Positions 9,877 through 23,019 of a DNA stretch of 64,000 nucleotides are shown one piece after another (the first letter of the stretch is position 1; each line of letters starts with the position of its first letter). This DNA is from Podarcis vaucheri (Eukaryota), in the NCBI GenBank assembly GCA_965113315.1, contig OZ220364.1; one strand, 5' to 3'. The notes beneath the pieces were generated by a model that did no database searches, was not told the origin of the DNA, and was given only the letters and a program-made list of their open reading frames with translations. A program made the translations under genes and the position numbers.

Positions 9877-10737
9877 CAATCCATAGTTAGGAGCCATTTA
9901 TGCTAAGCTGATTTGGCTGATCTTTCTCAACAAAGCTAGAAGCTTAAGATTTTCCACAATTAAAAGTATCTTGGGTTGCATTTGAAGCAAACTGGAGTGA
10001 TAGCAACAGGTTTTCATTATGTGTTCAGCAAACCTGCAAACCTTCATCTGTCTATGGTTTGTCCAGGGGCTTGCAGAGCTGAAGCAGTCCAGGTAAACAT
10101 TCTGCAATCGGAACACATTTCTGACCTTCAAAATACCTGAGAATTCATGGCATCAGATTTCTGAGAGAGGCATTAAAATTGTTCAACTGACACCCCGAAT
10201 GCTGAAATCGGGTTTTGATGCTTCAGTATTTGCATTTTTATGCTGCAGCTGGGAGTAAGGTGAGAGGTGTTATTATACAGGTGCAATGACACAGTAAGCA
10301 AAAAATAGATCACTGCTTTCATCAGATTTTGCACATAACATTACAAGCACACACACACACATACACCTCTGGTCTAAAAAGATTTGAAAAACTATGCACA
10401 AGCCAATGCAATTAACAAGCATTAAAGATTCCAGATGTGGTGTATCTGATAGGAAAGAGGATGTGACTAAAAGTCAGAAACACCAGAGAAACAGAGGCTA
10501 CTGGAGCTTTTCCTTTGCCTGATTGGATCTGGATTTGCATTTTGTTTTAGGGGAACCCAGTTTCACTTGAAAATATCTGATGCTAGCTGGACTGTACAAA
10601 ACTGACTTGTAGATATGGAGGTCTCAGATTTCCACCCACCCACCCCCGCCCGAGCCTTTGTTGCCAGGCTAGAGAAATAAGAAACTGGTCAAGAGGGCAG
10701 GCATAGGAGAACAATTAGCAGTAAGCTACTACCTGGT

Positions 10738-11105
10738 GGGGAAACGGGTGGCGCTGTGGGTTAAACAACAGAGCCTCTTGGGCTTGCCGATTGGAAGGTC
10801 GCAGTTCAAATCCCCGCAACGGGTTGAGCTCCTGTTTCTCCGCCCCTGCTCCTGCCAACCTAGCAGTTTGAAAGCACATCAAAGTGCAAGTAGATAAATA
10901 GGTACCACTCCGGCGGGAAGGTAAACAGCGCTTCCGGGCGCTGCTCTGGTTCGCCAGAAGCGGCTTAGTCATGCTAGCCACATGACCCGGAAGCTGTCTG
11001 CGGACAAACGCTGGCTCCCTCAGCCACTAAAGCGAGATGAGCGCCGCAACCCCAAAATCGTCCGCGACTGGACCTAATGGTCAGGGGTCCCTTTACCTTT
11101 ACCTT
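10738..11105 (+). mobile_element. Sauria SINE, full length
   Basis: tRNA-like head GGTGGCGCTGTGG...GTTCAAATCC, core, and (ACCTTT)n tail. Confidence 0.93.
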
Positions 11106-12044
11106 GTCTTGGTAACCTAATTATAGCCATGTGACCTTGGGGAAAGGGCCACTGGGTCCTCCATTGGCAGTGACATCCATTGATGTGGAGGGAGCAGGGA
11201 ATCACACAGGCCACGGGGTAAGCTATACCAGACATAGAAGATAGGCTAGTGGCCTGACACAAGGCTGCCATCTTCAGCAGCAGCCGCACAGCCATTTCAC
11301 CCAACTGCACCAAGGTGGTTATTGTGTGGATGTCACAGAAAGTGATATAGGATCTCTCCATTTGCATTTTCTTCCTGCAGTGTCCACTGGTGGGTATTAA
11401 AATCCTATAAATCATAGCAACATTTTTTTGAAAAAAGCCACTTCAGTTTTAACTCACATATACCATATTTAACAAGAACCCTGTCATAAGCTCGTATTTA
11501 TGGATGTAATCAATAAAAATCAGTTGGACGTAATTGATAGCTCTACATTCTCATTGTGTTTAAATTATGCAATTATCAATCCTGGCCTCTGGGTTGCTAT
11601 TAAAATGTGCATAGTAAATGGAGGAGCAGCATATCATGTTGCCGTGTCTTTCCTTGACAGAAGAGCAGAACACTGAAACAAATGGATTTAGTGTGCCTAT
11701 TTCCCTCTTGCTGCTGCCTCCCGCAAAGGGAGAAGGAAAGTAATGCTGTTGGCCAGGCTTTTGTTCTCTATGATAAAAGTTTAGCAGCTACCAAATTCTG
11801 CTGAGTTTAATGTCTTTGCTCCCTGCCTGAGCTATTATACAGATGTGAATTCCATTATTAAATATTTTTTGTGCAGCTAAGGGGGGCAGGGAAGGAAATG
11901 TGGACTCAGGCTGGCACTAGCCATATCTCAGGTAGGCTTGGCCTATCCCATCGTGCAAAGCCTGAAAACGGCTAGTGAATTGGCTGAGATAATCTTAGTG
12001 GTCACTAATAAGACTTATTAGGAACCATCCCATTGATTTTTATG

Positions 12045-12291
12045 GCTTGGATCCAGGCTTGTTCTTCTATTGACAGAAGGGTATTTGAGCCAGCAGAGAC
12101 TCCAACTGAGAGAAAGGTGAAGGAGTTTGCCACACGCACTTCCTACAGCGTCTCTCGCATATTCCAGAAGAACCGTCAGCCTCCAGAGCAGAGGTGTGAT
12201 GAGGCTGAAGGAAGAAAGAGTGATCGACAAAAATCACTTCTACCCTTCCATGAGAGGGAAACATCCCATGAGCTGATCTCTGGATCCAAGC
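12045..12291. mobile_element. Old MITE-like element
   Basis: Perfect 12-bp inverted termini GCTTGGATCCAG / CTGGATCCAAGC, plus an internal inverted GAAGGGT/ACCCTTC. Confidence 0.5.
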
Positions 12292-12350
12292 TTGTATTTT
12301 TAAAAAATATTTTGTGCATTTTCTATCTGGCTATTGTACACAGCACTGAA

Positions 12351-12410
<60 letters not shown>
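12351..12410. repeat. (AAT)n microsatellite, 20 units
   Basis: Direct inspection. Confidence 0.98.
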
Positions 12411-12411
<1 letters not shown>

Positions 12412-12517
12412 GTGTTTGTTGTGGGGGAGGAAGGGGAAGGAGATTGTTAGCCGCTTTGAGACTCCTGAAGGGGAGTGAAAGGCGGGATATCAAATCCAAA
12501 CTCTTCTTCTTCTTCTT
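12411..12517 (+). mobile_element. Squam3-like SINE 3' half
   Basis: Nearly identical to 9008-9118 (AGTGTTTGTTGTGGGGGAGG...AAATCCAAACTCTTCTT). Confidence 0.85.
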
Positions 12518-12737
12518 ATACCCCGCCCATCTGGCTGAGTTTCCCCAGCCACTCTGGGCGGCTCCCAATCAAGTGTTAAAAACAGTACAGCATTACATAT
12601 TAAAAACTTCCCTGAACAGGGCTGCATTAAGATGTCTTCTGAATGTCAGGTAATTGTTTATCTCTTTGACATCTGATGGGAGGGCATTCCACAGGGCGGG
12701 CGCCACTACCGAGAAGGCCCTCTGTGTGGTTCCCTGT
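12518..12737 (-). mobile_element. L2 LINE 3' end
   Basis: Reverse complement of the L2 3' end at 38530-38750. Confidence 0.85.
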
Positions 12738-12798
12738 TGATAAATATTGATAAAACCAGAATGCAAATGGTGGAAGAGTTGAACTCAAGGGATTAGAG

Positions 12799-12920
12799 CA
12801 GGCATAGGCAAACTTGGGCCTCCAGAGGTTTTGGGACTACAACTCCCATGATCCCTAGCTAACAGGATGATGGGAATTGTAGTCCCAAAACATCTGGAGG
12901 GCCGAGTTTGCCTATGCCTG
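12799..12920. mobile_element. hAT MITE (fold-back)
   Basis: TIR CAGGCATAGGCAAACT, near-palindromic body, 8-bp TSD GATTAGAG (12791-12798 and 12921-12928). Confidence 0.95.
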
Positions 12921-14878
12921 GATTAGAGCATGAGACATACAGCAGTAGATGCACTTCATTGTCCTCCTTCCTGCATGGAGTTTGTGTCAGAACAGAATTC
13001 ACTTCCTGGGGAAGCATAACTTTACCACAGTCCTAGATTGTTTAAAATGCTCAGGGCTCGGAATGCCTCCCAACAGAATGCTCTTTGACACACAACTGTA
13101 AAAAATGAGGGACCAGAAAATGTGACTGTGAAAGAACAGTTATCCCGGCCTTGCCTAATATTTATTTTATGTGGTTTTCATAATGTATCAATTGCCTCGT
13201 CAAAAATACTGCCCCAATAAAATACGTAAAACCTATACGATAAAACATAATAAAACCAGACAAAAACAACTGAGTATATTCTCATAAAGGAGCTCTTAGC
13301 CCAAATACCTGCCTAAAGAGGAAAGTATTCATCATTTACCTAAGAAGAAACTGGCTCAGGTGGGCCTCATTGGAAGAAACTGCCAGAGAAAAAAGGCAGG
13401 TAACCTGCTATCACGGAGGAGCAATATTTCCATTGTTCTGCCTGCAGTGAGCCCAGCTTCTGGTATGTCACTGTAGTGCAGATCATGCTGGTTTGCTTGT
13501 AGGCATCTTCTAGTTCTTTACCACCCTGATTTTGATGCAGAACATTGCTTACATGTTTTTTTTTTAAAAAAAGTGAAATTTTCAGTGCAAAATCTGAATT
13601 CCTGCAAAGTTTATTGTTCCACTTCTAAATATTATCAAGGATGTGCAGTGACTTCAGACAAAGCTGAAGCAGGATGTTTCGGAGTGTTTCTTGGTCTGTC
13701 TGAGGTAAAGGTACAATGTGCACTTCATCATGCATTCGACACCAAAAAAGAAAACGCTACAGACAAATGTCTGCGCAAAGCAAAACTGGTATCTCTAAGG
13801 TTACCATATAAGGGAGAGACGGGATGGGGGTGTAGAACAAATGCTCTTCTGGGAAGAGGGCAAATTCTGTTGTAACTGACAGGTCAATTTTATAATCAGA
13901 GGGGATGATTTACCCACTCTTCAATCCCAATGCTTTGGGGAAGGGATGTTGATGGAAATAAAACAGCCTCTTGTTCATGTGCTTCTTTCTCTTTGCAAAT
14001 TGCTCCCCCCCCCCCAAGAAGCAGAACTTTACAGAGTTCTGCTGCAGCTTTTTGTTAACCACTTATTCCAATTTAGTTCCTTATTTATAACCCATTTTCT
14101 TCCAAATAGTTTTTTTTAAAAAAAATTGACAGATTCCTTATCTAGGAAGAACTTCTTTCATGACTGCTGTTTTCATAACAATGGGGGAGAGTGAATGATT
14201 CCATTTTTAACCCCCCAAAGAGAGGCTGATGTGAGCCATTTTCTGAAGTACCAAATCAGAGTCCTTGCCAGATCTTGTGGTCTTTGCACATCCCTATTCT
14301 TCTTCTGTAGGTTTGCTCTGCCCCACATTCTACTTTGCCAGTCTTCTATTTTACATGGAGAATCCTTTTTTTTTTTTTTTTTTGCCAGATATTCAGATTC
14401 ACACTCTCACACCAAAGAAGCCCAAGCTGAAACAGGCAAGGACCGAGTGAGAATTCACCTGGCAACTGCCATTTGCTTCTCTGGCCTTGCTTCTCTGGCT
14501 GTATGAGCATTCTTGCAGATTACTGTATCTGGAATGAAGCTATCAAGAAAAAACAATAAGTGGCACTTTTAAGTATTAGATTAGGTTGATCTTCTGATTG
14601 CTCAACTTGTATATAAATTATAAAATATTTTAAAAGAGCAATATTAAGTCTAGAAATCACAGTTGTTTCATTGTTCACTTGCAGTTTTGACTTTTTTATG
14701 AAAAGAAAAACATGGACTGAGCTCAATCTTTATGTATTGCACTAGGTAATAAGAGATGGAAGTGAAGGGTAGATATGCAAAGGAAGGAAGCTTTCTCTTC
14801 TGCAGTACCAATGGCAAAGGAGAGATAGAACCATCCTCCTCTTTGTTTTTTATATAGTCATGTATGTTAGATCCACTA

Positions 14879-15120
14879 CAGTGGTACCTCGGGTTAAGTA
14901 CTTAATTCATTCTGGAGATCCGTACTTAACCTGAAACTGTTCTTAACCTGAAGCACCACTTTAGCTAATGGGGCCTCCTGCTGCTGCCGTGCCACCGGAG
15001 CACGATTTCTGTTCTCAACCTGAAGCAAAGTTCTTAACCTGAGGCACTATTTCTGGGTTAGCAGAGTCTGTAACCTGAAGTGTATGTAACCTGAAGCGTA
15101 TGTAACCTGAGGTACCACTG
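14879..15120. mobile_element. Tigger-like MITE
   Basis: TIR CAGTGGTACCTC, TA TSD, one extra 16-bp TGTAACCTGAAG unit. Confidence 0.93.
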
Positions 15121-16306
15121 TATATGGTACATTGCTCTCTTAAACTAGCTGATCTGATCCCTCCCTCACTATACCCAGGCACACAGCCCTGCACTGCAAA
15201 AATAAACACAAAAATAAACACACACAAAACAGGCTAACAGAATGTCTAGTAGAAAGCTTGAGAATGATGATGCTTCCAGACACTAGGGTTGCAGTTTCTG
15301 CACTGCGCTACATACACTTCATCCCACATGTATTATTTGGGGATCTGCAGATCAGATATTTCAGTGGTCTATTGAAGCATTTTCCTTCCGTCACTGTTCT
15401 TCAGATGCTCTGCCCACATAGAAACTGTCATGAAGTAGTGGTCCTGTGAGCAAGTATCGCTGGTTGGGGCCCCTCAGGCAGGTGGTAACAATTAGTTCCC
15501 CAAGTGGGAGCATGTGATGGGGATAGCTGGTTGCTAGCATTCCCCAGCCACTATAAATCTTCAAGTTAACCTGCCAGGAGAGGCAGAGAACACGCCGTGC
15601 TTTAGACTTGCTGTTTGATGTTCCGTAGCTGGTGCCAGAGAAGAAGCCAAGAAAGTCTGGTAACCTGTTTGGCCTGCGTGTGATTGATCAGTAGCTTGGA
15701 GGGAAGACTCGGGAAAGCGACCCCCTTCTTGACAGAAACTTCTAAATCTTTCTTTCTTCTGAGAAAGCTATGTGATAAGGAATTTCTAGTCATATATACC
15801 ACAAGTCTTCTTTGAAACCTTTTGTATGTTTTCTTTAGCTTAGCAGCACTGAACAATAATATGGAAGCATACAAATTTCTTTAACAGATCTGACTTGTTG
15901 AGTCCACTGAATATAGATGTTTCCAACAGCAACCAGTACAGTTTCTGTATATAATGTGTAGAGTTTAGAATGCGAAAAACATGTACACAATTAATGTTTT
16001 ATTGGGAGATGCAAGTATTTGTACATAAAAGGAAAAAGCACAGCAGTTGAAGACTAAACGACAATGGGAGCGCATTGTCAATATATCTTTAGCTTCACAT
16101 GTTTTGTTTTTGTCTATTGTATCTTCAAGGAAGATGCAGTCACATAGAAGAATGCAAAGTAATTTTATTAAAAGCCTTTCAAAACAGTGTAAGGCTCCAT
16201 TTCATTCAGTAAATAATCAAGTAGTCCATACATTCATTTTGCAATAATAGAATGTAGCTTAATACTGTCTTTTTAAGTCTATGGGAGCTGCATATGCAGT
16301 TAATCC

Positions 16307-16455
16307 ACAGGAGGTTGCGGACTCTCATTCCTTGGAGGTGATTAAGCAAAGGTTGGATGGCCATCTATCATGGATGCTTTAGTTAAGATTCCTGCATTGC
16401 AGGGGGCTGGACTAGATGGCCATCAAGGTCCCATCAACTCTACAATTCTATGATT
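16307..16455 (+). mobile_element. CR1 LINE 3' end
   Basis: TCCTTGGAGG...GGTTGGATGGCCATCT...GGACTAGATG...ATTCTATGATT tail. Confidence 0.85.
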
Positions 16456-17205
16456 AAATGATTCCAACAGTTTAGATTGGGGCTGCCATACGTGCAGACA
16501 TTACCGAGATTTCCAAGGCAGAATTGATGTTCAGGGGTGATTTCCAAAAGGCAGCGCTTTGTCCTGGAGTTTATCTAAGAAAAGCTCAACAATTTTGGGG
16601 CTGCTCTGGTTTTTACTTAGTTCAGCTTCCATTTCCTGAATTTGCAGGTAGAAATTGACCTAGCCCAGAAACACCTGTTTTCCTATTAATCATTTAGAAG
16701 CATGAACATCAAATACTTCTGGCTTAATTAGTTCAGGGATCTGAATTTATTACCATATGAATCCATATATACTTCTTCACAGATTGATAATACTTGGCAA
16801 AAGTAGCAGAATGGGACAGCATGAAACATTGATTGAGGACTGTTCAGCTGTCACCGTCATTAAAAAATAAAATCTCAGCACGAAGACTGGGATAATATCT
16901 TACTCTTCAAATGATCTGAGAGTCAACAAGGACCATTACTGTAACATACAGACATGTGAATCAGTATCCTTGTCGTATCTGTCTAGCTAACTGCCTCTAC
17001 CCTGCTGCACCTTGCTTCATAAAATAAACACAAAGAGAAAATTAACCAGCAAAAAGTATTGCAGTCCCTTAAAGACTGTGACCTAAATAGAGGTGGGCAC
17101 ACTTGAGCCATTGATTTCAATGGGCTTAAGCATGGGATAACTCTGTGTTGGATTTAAGCCAGAGACTTAACCACAAATAAACTACAACATATTCAGGACT
17201 GGTGA

Positions 17206-17605
17206 TGGAAGTGAGAGCTGGACCATAAGAAGGCTGGTCGCCGAAAAATTGATGCTTTTGAATTATGGTGCTGGAGGAGACTCTTGAAAGTCCAATGGAC
17301 TGCAAGAAGATCAAACCTATCCATTCTGAAGGAAATCAGCCCTGAGTGCTCACTGGAAGGACAGATCCTGAAGCTGAGGCTCCAATACTTTGGCCACCTC
17401 ATGAGAAGAAAAGACCCTGATGTTGGGAAAGATGGAGGGCACAAGGAGAAGGGGACGACAGAGGACGAGATGGTTGGGCAGTGTTCTCAAAGCTACCAGC
17501 ACGAGTTTGACCAAACTGCGGGAGGCAGTGGAAGACAGGACTGCCTGCCATGCTCTGGTCCATGGGATCATGAAGAGTCGGACACGACAAAACAATAAGA
17601 ACAAC
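17206..17605 (+). mobile_element. RTE-BovB 3' fragment with 15-bp TSD
   Basis: BovB C-terminal peptide (ORFs 17284 and 17420) and AAC tail. TSD ATTCAGGACTGGTGA at 17191-17205 and 17606-17620. Confidence 0.95.
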
Positions 17606-19981
17606 ATTCAGGACTGGTGAAGTTTTGGGTGCAGAGGGCTCCTGCTGCTGACACATCTACTTGCCGGAGCCTTCCTCTAGCATACAGAGCTGCTAGCTCC
17701 TTCCCTTGATGGACAGCTCCTCTCCATTGGTAGAGCAGTACAGCTTCCAGTGGCTCCTCAGCCTCTGGCCAGCTACTAAATTACTTGGTAACAAATTTAT
17801 TATGACATAAGCTTCCAAGTCCAGAACACCAGAGGAGTATGTTTTTCAGGCTGCAAAATTGTTGGCCTGCCTGGCCAAGGAGTTGGTGATGCTATGTCCA
17901 GCTTTTGTCATATTGCAGACCACTAGTGGGAGAATCGCTCATTTGAATGCTCCCCCTTTATTAGATTTTTTTAAAGTAAAGTATGCTACAAGAGTATTCA
18001 ATATAATATCCTTTAAAAAAACCATTAAAAGTATTGTTTTTCTTAACATTTTAAATGTTGATGTTCTCTTATTTTCTAATTTATGTGCATGAATATATAT
18101 AGAGAGAGAAAGAGAGAGAGTACAGTTTTATCCCTGAAGTCTAAAGCATTACTGTCTAATTCATGGGATCCTGATGATTCTACATCTTGCTCTGTGAGTC
18201 AAAACACATATTATAGTTGTCATGAAGATACCATCAAGAATGGCTTCCCCATTTTGCCTGCCTGATCCATAACATTTGAACATACTGACTGCCTGAATTG
18301 CTCTCATGATATTCTGAATTTATATGAAGCCCAAGCTACTAGCTGGAACATGAAATACTCCCAGACAAACTAGCAAGGACTACTCAGAATGATATATTCT
18401 TCAAGTGGGGGGGGGGACCTTTATAAAAGCATTTCAAAAATTATAGCAATAAAAATGGAGCAGTTTAAAAGTTAATCTGAAATTTTGCACAATATAAGCA
18501 AGCAACTGCAGTGATACCAAGTCCTCAGCTTCCACATCTCCGGCTGATGAAGTCGAATGCTCCAGTGGGATTCCTGGACCAGCCCATCTATTTTTCTCTG
18601 TTTAATTTAGTTTAGCCTTTGCTGAGCAGACAATTGTTCATTACAGAATTAGACAGCAAACTGATTTAATGCCATATCCCACTGAGCAAGCAACTGAGTG
18701 AAGAAATTACTTAAGGCAGGCAAAGAGCCTAGCATTTGAACAAGTTGGTGTTGTTCAGCAAAGGTCAACTTAAAATTGCCAGAGGCCTCTCAGTGGTTTT
18801 CCTGAACTGCATGTGAGACAACTACATTGAAAACGAACCCAAGTTTGTAGCTCTGTTGATAAATCGTGCCTAGGATTGCCAACGTTTTCTTGGCATGGCT
18901 GCTATACCTTTAACAAGCAGAAATTCACCAGGTTAAGTTTTCCGACTGCTACCCCTACACACTGGAAATCTTTTGCTTACCACAGAGCCATTAAATGCAC
19001 AAACACCCTGTTAGGAAAGAAGTACCTGATTATGCTTTTTTTGGTAGTTGCCTCCCCAGGGTTGATGTAAACAAATCATTATAAATGGCAGAATTGTAAA
19101 AAGCTTCCATTTTGCATCGCCATTTCTCTCTTTTGTCCAAGCTGAAGGCCATTTAAGAACTCTACTGGTTATCATCTGACGGGCAGCAGACTCTGTATGG
19201 CATGTGTACTGCACTCTTGAGTGGCATCCTGTCTCATTCTTTGGACTTGCCCTGTGGCACACTAGCAAAAAGGTTGGCCAGCTCCACAGATGTATGTCAA
19301 ATATCCCCTAGGACTACAGCTGTTAAAGGCAAGGGAGATCACCGTTCGAGGCCAAAGCTGACACTTCTAGAATAAAAAATATATGGTCAGTTCCCCAGGG
19401 TTCATGTAAACAAATCAGTATCAATGACAGAACTGAAAAAGCTTCAGCTTTGCATTTCAGTTCTACCTTCTGGTCTCTCTGAATTCATAAATTGTGGATT
19501 CCATTGGCCACAATCTGGCAGCAAGAAATTCTGCTGAACACTCTTAGTTGGAAATAAACTGCACCCAATAAATGAAAATAATTTTAAGCGGCCAGTTGGA
19601 GCCTGGAACTCACAACACTGATGCATTTTGTAATTTCAACATTTGGGGCCAAATCCATACATGAGCCACTAGCTATCTAATTTTATGCGTGTATATATTT
19701 GAAATATTTATATCCCACATTTTAATTTCAAGAAAATTCACGAAGTAGGCTCTTTAAGAACACAGCAAAAAAAGGTCTAACATTCAATAAAATGCAAACT
19801 CTGTTAATTGAGCAACCTGGCAGAACACAGCACAAGAGAATAACAATAATAACATCAACTATTCATCTAAATACCAGACAAAGACATTTGACTTGGCACT
19901 GAACACTTTATAGGATAGGCACCAGAGCTACTATTTCTGAAGCCGGTGTTCCCCAGTTTGACATCACTGCCAAACAACATC

Positions 19982-20135
19982 TCATAGGATCAGAGAATTG
20001 TAGAGTTGGAAGGGATAATGAGGATCATTTAGCCCAACCCCCTGCAAATCAGGAATATGCAGCTGTCCCATATGGGGATTGAACTTGCAACCTTGGCATT
20101 ATCAGTACCATGCTCTAACCAACTGAGCTATTCAG
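19982..20135 (-). mobile_element. tRNA-Ile-headed SINE with CR1-derived tail
   Basis: Minus strand TAGCTCAGTTGGTTAGAGCATGGTACTGATAATGCCAAGGTTGCAAGTTCAATCCCC (tRNA-Ile-like), followed by the CR1 3' end CCTTCCAACTCTACAATTCT. Confidence 0.75.
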
Positions 20136-20159
20136 GTCTTAACTGGGCAGGTTCATACA

Positions 20160-20725
20160 TGAGAAAGTATTCCTTTAAATGCCTAGCTCTAAAACAGTAA
20201 AGAGCTTTTCATATCAAAACCAGCACTTTGTATTGTACCAGAAACACACAGGTAACCACTGAAGATCTTTTCACATGATTAAGATATGTTCCACGTGAAT
20301 AGTTCAAGTCAATATTATTTCCACAATATTTTGCATCAATTGGCATTTTAGCAGACTTTGGGCATCCCCATGGAACATGCACTGCAGTAATCTATTTGCA
20401 TGGATAAGTCATCAGCAAGGGCATGGATAATTAATCCTGCTATCTCTACCCTGGAGGGGTTATGCTAGAGAAAGGTGCTTTGTATATCACAAATGTCATC
20501 TGGCAATCTAAAGTAAGGGCTGGACCTAACAACTGTGAACAGTTCAAGCTGTTAACCTGCTCTTTGAAGAAGAGCACAGACTCATCCATTATAGGGTGAA
20601 TGCCAACTCCCTGGTCAGAAAAGTCAACCACTGAAACAGACATCTGGAGCTGAAGGTTATTCACCCTCATCCAGTCCATTACTGACCCCTGCTCAGAACA
20701 GATCTGAACCATTGATTCTGTGAAC
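20160..20725 (-). mobile_element. Old L2 ORF2 fragment
   Basis: Minus-strand peptide VMDWMRVNNLQL...FKEQVNSL...LT resembles the L2 RT C-terminus. Heavily decayed. Confidence 0.55.
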
Positions 20726-22096
20726 ATTTGTGTACATATGCTTTAGCAAAATGTGCCCCAGGACCCCCTTGTTGTTGCTGCTGTTTCTGCTGGGTTCTGT
20801 GTATTTCTTCCATGTCTGGGGCTTGGTGACACAAAAGACTCACCCCTGGCATATTGGGTCTGTCTGTGTCCACATGGCATGCAGCCACTTTCAGCAGTTT
20901 TTCCAGGGGCACTGCTAGCCTTGTACTTCATAGCAGCATCATGCAAGTATAGGATTGCTCTGTCTATTATCTTAAATGAATGTGGAATATTATTATCTGA
21001 GGCTAAGATCTAAGCAAATTTACACGTTGAAAAATATGTGCGCACAGACAAAAATGCACATGCACTTTTGCAAACAAATATGATGATGCTGATAGTCATT
21101 TTTGACAACATGGAAATATACACAGAAATAACAGGGAAAGTCTGTCGGATTGCAAGAATATACAAAGATGATCTTGACTATCAATAACCTTCCCTATCAA
21201 AATATTATAGCAGTTAGTGAAACTAGGAAGAGGTTCTACATTATGTACAACCTACATAAAGGGATTTAATTGATGTCATATTTTACTAGGAAATATAAAT
21301 CGACAGATTAAACATTTATGTCCATTAAGCAAATTTTTTGTATTGTGCTCAGCGGCATGCCAGGCCTTGGTAGAGGATGCAATGGGAGTCAATTTCTACA
21401 ACAGTATGATATATGATGTTTACAGTAGTATGAACAGGAAATGAATTAATAAAGGAGTCCAGGGGTTTGGATTTTAAAATTTAACAGAAGGGCAAATTTG
21501 TCTCAAGCTTTGCCTTGCAAAGTAGAACACAGCAGTTGCTCTAAGACATATCAGTTCCGGCATGGCATATGCAAAAGCCCACATGGCTATCACGAATCTC
21601 ACAGACCATTTTGTTTGATTGTAATTGCATGAAAACCAATATAGGAGTACATCAGCATAAAATTGAATTAGTGCCATGGTAAATCACAGACATTTCTAGG
21701 TGCATGCATTGGTGATTAGACAAATTTTTGCTGCCTCTAATGGTAGTGATAAAAAAGAAAGTCTTGTTCTTAGAACCCAACTGTGCACAAGCTCCTAGTA
21801 AAAGGAAAGATAATAGACTTCAGTCAATTAAAAATTTAAACAGATTTCTTATTTAATGCAAACCATCTGGTACATGCAACGTGTCTGGAGATAGAAGAGA
21901 TGGACTGGGCCAGATTCTACAGAAGCATTCCAACCATTTACTTTACCTCCCAGTTTTACTGTGCAAGAACCTTAGACTAAAGCTGTGCTAAATACTTTGG
22001 GAATAAGTGGGGCATGTGGTGTGAGTTCTCTGGAAAGGGCTAAGTCAAAGTCTATTATGGTTCAGCCTTGTCTCAAACCCCAATCACCATGTAAAA

Positions 22097-22234
22097 CAGG
22101 AATGGAGAACTTGTGACCCTCCAGATTTCATTGGACTTCATCTCTCATCCTCCCTGACCATTGGCCTTACTAGCTAGGGCTGATGGGAATCGGAGTCCAA
22201 CAACATCTGGAAGGCCATAAATTCCCAAACCCTG
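22097..22234. mobile_element. hAT MITE (fold-back, decayed)
   Basis: CAGG...CCTG ends, internal inverted CCTCCAGAT/ATCTGGA, degenerate 8-bp TSD ATGTAAAA/ATGAAAAG. Confidence 0.7.
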
Positions 22235-23019
22235 ATGAAAAGCTTAATTACATTGCTATATTTCTTTCCACACTTAAGTCACTTTCTATATACTGATGTA
22301 TATTTCATCAGTGATAGAGTTTAGGAATGTGATTCCTTTGTGAACACAGTTTATTTGTGCCAGGAAAATAAATAAGAATCACTACTGTTATGTTGGCATG
22401 AGAGCAAGGGTCACATCGATTTTAGCCTGGGTTTGTGGAGGGTGAGGATTATCTCCTGCTGCAGTGATTATTTCATACTGGATGTGCTCCCAATTTTGTT
22501 TTAAAGACGTTTGTTTTGTGAGCAGTTATTTACACTGATTCAGAAATGTAATACAGGGGAACATAAGGGAGGCAATTTTTGGATTTTGCAGGGCAGTAGC
22601 AATGGTGCTATCTGCCAAAGCACCAGGATAATGGATGGGTCCTCCTTACTCTGGCAAGTGAGTGAGGCGATAATGAAGCTTTCACATGTTCTGCTGTTTG
22701 TGATGCATATTGCTTGAGATACATTAGCATAGAGGAAGCCAGACAATGAGAACAAAACAATATACAAACAGAGGCTGGGTACCTATTTCATTTTATTTTA
22801 TGTTCCTACTTCATGCTAATAGTTTAAATTGCACATCTATTTGATAGGATACTAGGGAAGGTCATGACCCTTTGAATTATAGCTAAGCAAATGTTTGAGT
22901 TCCACACAATCTAGGTTTCTCTAACCTTGAGACTAATGGGTGGAAATGTGTTAACTTATGGCTGCAGTGCCTCAGGCATTGGAATATTCCTTCATCAGGT
23001 CTATAGGATGGCCAATTAT

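Noticed and set aside
12033-12653. 206-aa ORF with poly-Asn
   Set aside because: It runs through a MITE, an (AAT)n tract, a SINE and an antisense L2, so it is an accidental frame.
20065-20135. tRNA-Ile gene (also 25050-25116)
   Set aside because: CpG-decayed stems and fusion to a CR1 tail indicate a SINE head, not a functional tRNA.
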